Positions 5,756 to 10,164 of a stretch of DNA of 10,164 nt are shown one piece after another. Each line of letters opens with the position of its first letter. The first letter of the stretch is position 1. The notes below the pieces were generated by a model. It saw nothing but the letters and a program-made list of their open reading frames with translations, was not told the origin of the DNA and did not search any database. A program made the translations under genes and the position numbers. Origin of the DNA: Fibrobacterota bacterium (GTDB taxonomy: Bacteria > Fibrobacterota > Fibrobacteria > UBA11236); contig JAYUVP010000109.1 in the NCBI GenBank assembly GCA_043753995.1, positions 1-10,164 of the forward strand, read 5' to 3'.

Positions 5756-6466
5756 TTAGGTTTCGAGAACCTTACCGAAACGCCGTTCGCGCTGATAATA
5801 AGCATCGATAGCTTCGAGTAAGCCTTCGCGGTCAAAGTCAGGCCATAAGGTTGGCGTCACGAAAAGTTCGGTATAGGCGATTTGCCAAAGCAAATAGTTG
5901 CTGATGCGCTGATCCCCGCCGGTACGAATTAAAAGCTCGGGATCGGGAACATCGGGTTGGTACATGTGGGTGCGAAATACTTTTTCGTCGATGGCCTCGG
6001 GCCTCAATTCACCCTTGGACACCTTCAGCGCCATGGCCTTGCAGGCGTCGACGATTTCTTCGCGACCGCCATAGGAAATGGCAAGATTCAATTGCAGACC
6101 GGTATTGTTCGCGGTTCGCTCAATGCCCCAGAGCAATTCCTTGCGGGCCTTCTCGGGCAATTTGGCGAGATTGCCGATAGCCTTGATGCGCACATTATTG
6201 GCCATCAAGTCGTCGATTTCCTTGTGAATCATTTCCACAAGCAAATTCATGAGGGCATCGACTTCGGTGAAGGGGCGATCCCAATTCTCCGAACTAAAGA
6301 CATAAATCGTGAGGTATTTGACGCCGAGATCACCACAAGCCAGCACAATGCGCTTTGTGGCGCGCGTGCCCGCATGGTGGCCCATGACGCGCGGCAATAA
6401 ACGGCCCTTGGCCCAGCGGCCATTGCCATCCATGATCACAGCGATATGTTTAGGAACCTCGCGCAT
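5756..6466 (-). CDS. uppS: Undecaprenyl/polyprenyl diphosphate synthase (cis-prenyltransferase)
   Basis: HIAVIMDGNGRWA, FSSENWDRP, AISYGGREEI, LIRTGGDQRISNYLLWQ, RERRFG. Confidence 0.98.
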   Translation of the reverse strand: MREVPKHIAVIMDGNGRWAKGRLLPRVMGHHAGTRATKRIVLACGDLGVKYLTIYVFSSENWDRPFTEVDALMNLLVEMIHKEIDDLMANNVRIKAIGNLAKLPEKARKELLWGIERTANNTGLQLNLAISYGGREEIVDACKAMALKVSKGELRPEAIDEKVFRTHMYQPDVPDPELLIRTGGDQRISNYLLWQIAYTELFVTPTLWPDFDREGLLEAIDAYYQRERRFGKVLET

Positions 6467-6493
6467 GAGGCTTTCGCGGAGGCATCCAAACCG

Positions 6494-7045
6494 TTAAACG
6501 GTCAGGATGTCCTTTTCCTTTTCGGCAAGGACTTTGTCGAGCAAGACAATAAAGCGATCGGTAATGGCTTGGACCTTGTCCAATTCAAGTTTCAAGGCGT
6601 CTTCGCTGAGACTTTCGTCCTTGGCTTCTTTTTTCAGCCGGTCATTCTCATCGCGGCGAATATTGCGCATGGCCACCTTGCCTTCTTCAGTCATGCGCTT
6701 GGCCGTTTTCACGAACTCCTTGCGACGATCCTGGGTCAAGACCGGCATGGTGAGGCGGATATAGGTGCCGTCATTCACGGGATTGATACCCAGATCGCTG
6801 GTCAATATCGCTTTTTCAATGGCCTGCATCAGGCCCTTTTCCCAAGGCTTAATGGCCAATTGACGGGGCTCAGGAATGGTAATGGCGGCGGCCTGAGGAA
6901 TAGGCGTCCGAGTTCCGTAATAATCCACGTAAATATTATCGAGAATGGCGGGGGAAGCCGCTCCGGTACGGATTTTGGCCAAATCCCGTCGAACATTGTC
7001 GACGGTCTTTTGCATGTGTTCTTCGAGGGTGGCTTCGTCGAGCAT
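6494..7045 (-). CDS. frr: Ribosome recycling factor
   Basis: IRTGAAS..ILD.I.VDYYG, SDLGINPVNDG, KVAMRNIRRD, KEKDIL. Canonical position after pyrH. Confidence 0.98.
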   Translation of the reverse strand: MLDEATLEEHMQKTVDNVRRDLAKIRTGAASPAILDNIYVDYYGTRTPIPQAAAITIPEPRQLAIKPWEKGLMQAIEKAILTSDLGINPVNDGTYIRLTMPVLTQDRRKEFVKTAKRMTEEGKVAMRNIRRDENDRLKKEAKDESLSEDALKLELDKVQAITDRFIVLLDKVLAEKEKDILTV

Positions 7046-7050
7046 AGGTT

Positions 7051-7773
7051 TTACCCTTCGCTGGTGACCAAGGTCCCGATGGGTTCCCCGCGGGCCGCGC
7101 GAACCAGATTGCCTTTGGCATTCATGTCGAAAACCATAATGGGCATATTGTTTTCGCGGCAGAGGGCGATGGCGGAAGTATCCATCACCTTGAGTTGCTT
7201 ATTGATCACTTCGGTATAATTGAGCGTGTTGAAGCGTACGGCATCGGCATGCTTTTTCGGGTCCTTATCATAAATGCCGTCCACATGGGTGGCCTTCATA
7301 ATAATGTCGCAATCCGTTTCGATGGCGCGCAAGGTGGCCGCGCTATCGGTCGTGAAATAAGGATTGCCGGTACCTGCGGCGAATAACACGACACGGCTTT
7401 TTTCCATGTGGCGAATGGCCCGGCGACGGATAAAATCTTCAGCGACTTGGGACATGCGCAGGGCACTCATCACGCGGGTAAAAATCCCGTGTTTTTCAAG
7501 AGCGTCTTGCATGGCGAGGCAGTTGATGACCGTAGCCAACATGCCCATTTGATCGGCTGTGGCGCGTTCAATTCCGAATTCGCTGAGGGTCGCTCCGCGA
7601 ATGATATTGCCGCCGCCAATGACGATGCCGATTTCAACACCGAGATGATAAACTTCAGCGACGTCCGAGGCTATGGAACGAAAAGCCTCCGGATCAAGAC
7701 CAGAACCTTTCTGGCCTCCGAAGGCTTCACCGCTGAGTTTGAGTAGAATGCGTTTGTAGCGCAGAGTGGACAT
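7051..7773 (-). CDS. pyrH: Uridylate kinase
   Basis: RILLKLSGEA, VIGGGNIIRG, ADQMGMLATVIN, GTGNPYFTTDSAATLRA, VDGIYDKDP. AGGAG Shine-Dalgarno upstream. Confidence 0.99.
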   Translation of the reverse strand: MSTLRYKRILLKLSGEAFGGQKGSGLDPEAFRSIASDVAEVYHLGVEIGIVIGGGNIIRGATLSEFGIERATADQMGMLATVINCLAMQDALEKHGIFTRVMSALRMSQVAEDFIRRRAIRHMEKSRVVLFAAGTGNPYFTTDSAATLRAIETDCDIIMKATHVDGIYDKDPKKHADAVRFNTLNYTEVINKQLKVMDTSAIALCRENNMPIMVFDMNAKGNLVRAARGEPIGTLVTSEG

Positions 7774-7779
7774 AAGCTC

Positions 7780-8646
7780 CTATTGACCCAGTTGCAGGCG
7801 GTGGAAGGCAAGGACCCGGATCGAAGTGAGACCCAGATTCTTGGCCGTCTGGGCCAGCAGTTTATCAATAGTAATCTTATTGTCTTTGACGTAAATCTGG
7901 CCGGTGAGAGTATTCTCCTTGAAGAATTTCTGCACCTTGCCTTCGACAATGCGTTCAAGCATATCGCCGGTTTTGCCGTCCTTCGCCGTCACTTCACGAG
8001 CGATTTCGCGCTCTTTGTCGACAACAGCTTGGGGGACATCTTTCGGCTCAATAGCTACCGGGGCAGCAGCTGCAACCTGCATGGCCAAATCCTTGACCAG
8101 AGCGCGCAAACCGTCGAGATTCGAAGTTTGGCCTTCATAGCCAACCTTGATCAGCACGCCGATTTTGCCATTCATGTGGCTATAGGTCTCGGCCATTTCA
8201 TTGTCGCCGATATTTTCCCAGGCCAATCGCTTAATGACGATGTTTTCGCCGATTTTAGCAATGGCTGCGGTTTGGACTTCACCGACCGTCGAACCGTCCA
8301 AGGGCAAAGCCTTGATGGATTCGGCATCGGAGGGGCGCTTTTCCAAAGCCGTGGTCAAAACCTTTTGCACTAAAATATTGAAGTCAGCCGAGCTGGCAAC
8401 AAAATCCGTTTCGCAATTGAATTCGACAGCAGCGATGGTTTTCGCATTTTGACCGACAAGAACCTTGCCTTCTTTGGCTTCGCGACCGGCGCGCTTGGCG
8501 GCGACGGCGGCACCTTGCTTGCGCAAGTGTTCCACGGCTTTATTCAGGTCACCGTCGGTTTCGGTCAGTGCTTTTTTGCACTGCATGAGGCCCAAACCCG
8601 TCATTTCACGGAGTTGGCCCACGGCTTGGGCGGTGATCTCAGCCAT
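7780..8646 (-). CDS. tsf: Translation elongation factor Ts
   Basis: LREMTGLGLMQCKKAL, EFNCETDFVA, KIGENI, LAMQVAA, RIVEGKVQKFFKE. Start overlaps the rpsB stop (TAATG). Confidence 0.99.
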   Translation of the reverse strand: MAEITAQAVGQLREMTGLGLMQCKKALTETDGDLNKAVEHLRKQGAAVAAKRAGREAKEGKVLVGQNAKTIAAVEFNCETDFVASSADFNILVQKVLTTALEKRPSDAESIKALPLDGSTVGEVQTAAIAKIGENIVIKRLAWENIGDNEMAETYSHMNGKIGVLIKVGYEGQTSNLDGLRALVKDLAMQVAAAAPVAIEPKDVPQAVVDKEREIAREVTAKDGKTGDMLERIVEGKVQKFFKENTLTGQIYVKDNKITIDKLLAQTAKNLGLTSIRVLAFHRLQLGQ

Positions 8647-9386
8647 TAACCAGCCCCTTCCAGGACTTCGGTCAGCTTCTCAGGCTTGGCAGCTTCTTCG
8701 AGGCTGGGGGTATTCACGCCACCGATGGCATCGGAAATCACGCGGGTGATGAGACCCACGGATTTGAGCGCGTCATCATTGCCGGGAATAGGGAAGGCGA
8801 TGGTGTCGGGATTGCTATTGGTATCGACAATGCCGAAGACCGGAATACGCAAGCGATTGGCTTCGTGCACCGCGATGGCCTCGTGCTCGGTATCGATCAC
8901 AAACATGGCGCCGGGCAAAGTCTTCATATGGCGGATACCACCGAAAACCGCTTCGAGCTTGGCGCGCTCGCGATTCAGGGTCAATACCTCTTTTTTGTTC
9001 ATGGACTTGAAAAAGCCGTCGGTTTCGAGCTTTTCAATATCCTCAAGGCGCTTGATGGAGCGACGTACCGTGGCGAAATTGGTGAGCATACCGCCCAGCC
9101 AACGCTCGGTAACATAGAAGCCGCCGCAGCGCTGGGCCTCTTCCTTGATGCAGTCCTTGATGGTCTTCTTGGTGCCCACGAAGAGCACCGAGCGACCTTG
9201 TCGACGCACGCGCTGAATCGCCTCGACGGCCTTGGACAGGCAGTCTTGGGTCTTTGCGAGGTCGATGACGTAAATACCGTTTTTCTCCGCGAGGATATAA
9301 CGGCGCATCTTGGGATTCCAACGCTTGGTGAGGTGACCGAAGTGCACCCCAGCCTCGAGCATATCCTTGATTTCGGGTAAAGCCAT
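8646..9386 (-). CDS. rpsB: 30S ribosomal protein S2
   Basis: MLEAGVHFGH...RWNPKM, LFVGTK, RWLGGMLTNF, IVDTNSNPD, IPGNDDA. AAGGA Shine-Dalgarno upstream. Confidence 0.99.
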   Translation of the reverse strand: MALPEIKDMLEAGVHFGHLTKRWNPKMRRYILAEKNGIYVIDLAKTQDCLSKAVEAIQRVRRQGRSVLFVGTKKTIKDCIKEEAQRCGGFYVTERWLGGMLTNFATVRRSIKRLEDIEKLETDGFFKSMNKKEVLTLNRERAKLEAVFGGIRHMKTLPGAMFVIDTEHEAIAVHEANRLRIPVFGIVDTNSNPDTIAFPIPGNDDALKSVGLITRVISDAIGGVNTPSLEEAAKPEKLTEVLEGAG

Positions 9387-9418
9387 GTCGCGTCCTTGTC
9401 TTTCTTCTGGGCTGGGGC

Positions 9419-9826
9419 TTATCGCTTGCTAAACTGGAAGCTGCGACGAGCGCCGGCTTTGCCGTACTTCTTACGTTCGACGGCACGGCTGTCACGGGTG
9501 AGCAGACCATGCTCGCGCAAGGCACTGCGGAATTCTTCCTTAAAGGCAACCAAGGCCCGGGCAATGCCCAGGCGCACGGCGCCGCACTGGCCGCTCACGC
9601 CGCCGCCATTGGCGGAAACGATCACGTCCCATTGTTGATTCGAACCGGTGACGGTGAGCGGTTGCTCGACAATCATCTCACGAATGGCGTTGGCGAAATA
9701 ATCGGTAAAGGTGCGACCATTGATGGTGCGCTTGCCGGTACCGGGGCGAAGTATCACACGGGCGATCGCATTTTTGCGGCGGCCGGTGGCTTGAATTTGG
9801 GTGCGATTGGGATCTTGCGTAGCGAT
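9419..9826 (-). CDS. rpsI: 30S ribosomal protein S9 (135 aa if initiated at ATC 9826-9824)
   Basis: ATGRRKNAIARV, GGGVSGQ.GAVRLGIARAL, LLTRDSRAVERKKYG, QFSKR C-terminus. The ORF-track start (10009) lies inside rplM and is implausible. GGAGG lies 6 nt before an in-frame ATC. Product is certain; exact start is less so. Confidence 0.95.
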   Translation of the reverse strand: MATQDPNRTQIQATGRRKNAIARVILRPGTGKRTINGRTFTDYFANAIREMIVEQPLTVTGSNQQWDVIVSANGGGVSGQCGAVRLGIARALVAFKEEFRSALREHGLLTRDSRAVERKKYGKAGARRSFQFSKR

Positions 9827-9887
9827 GACTGGCCTCCGCGATGCGTCTTGATTCAAAATTGGATTCAAAATGGTTTGGTTTCGCGGA

Positions 9888-10164
9888 TCAGACTGCGAAA
9901 GGTTCGGGCTTTTGAGCGGCGTGAGGATGCGTCGCGCCCTGGTAAATAAAGAGCTTGGTGATTTGGCGATGCCCGATGCGGTGATGCGAGAGCATACCCC
10001 AAATGGCATGGCGAACCGGCAATTCGGGACGCTTGATCTTGGCCTGGGTATAGGTCAAGTTGCGCCAGCCGCCTGGATACATACTGTGCTGGAAATAACG
10101 CTGGTCTTCAAACTTGTTCCCAGTGAACACAATTTGATCGGCATTGATCACAATGACGAAATCG
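9888..10164 (-). CDS. rplM: 50S ribosomal protein L13, 3' part; starts beyond the right edge of the window
   Basis: DFVIVINADQIVFTGNK...HSMYPGG...AIWGML...KLFIYQGATHPHAAQKP. Directly upstream of rpsI. Confidence 0.97.
   Translation of the reverse strand, partial: DFVIVINADQIVFTGNKFEDQRYFQHSMYPGGWRNLTYTQAKIKRPELPVRHAIWGMLSHHRIGHRQITKLFIYQGATHPHAAQKPEPFAV

Noticed and set aside
1522..9949. Numerous + strand ORFs and alternative-frame minus ORFs (e.g. 1522..2007, 4902..5663, 6446..7219, 7783..8373, 9043..9564)
   Set aside because: They overlap well-supported genes and are expected shadow frames in GC-rich coding DNA.
9827..10009. 60-aa N-terminal extension of rpsI from ATG 10009
   Set aside because: It overlaps rplM by more than 120 nt in another frame and does not resemble S9.

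Overview
Bacterial chromosomal window. Hand counts give about 64% GC at 661-1260 and about 49% at 1501-1860. All credible genes are on the minus strand. Most of the window (2229-10164) is a conserved housekeeping cluster: rplM (partial)-rpsI-rpsB-tsf-pyrH-frr-uppS-cdsA-dxr-rseP. The rplM-rpsI-rpsB-tsf linkage suggests an FCB-group bacterium, possibly Fibrobacterota (inference only). The left end holds the 5' part of purD, which the ORF track missed. Between purD and rseP (636-2228) is a short L,D-transpeptidase-family ORF that appears N-terminally truncated. It sits in GC-rich non-coding DNA full of related degenerate repeats. These include two ~110-nt hairpins in inverted orientation with a shared 52-nt core but different, self-complementary outer stems, a 79-bp direct repeat, and a 24-bp direct repeat. 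Other notable points are a probable ATC start codon for rpsI, whose Shine-Dalgarno is partly sequestered by a stem beginning right after the rplM stop, and -10 boxes only 6-9 nt upstream of the purD, dxr and rseP start codons.
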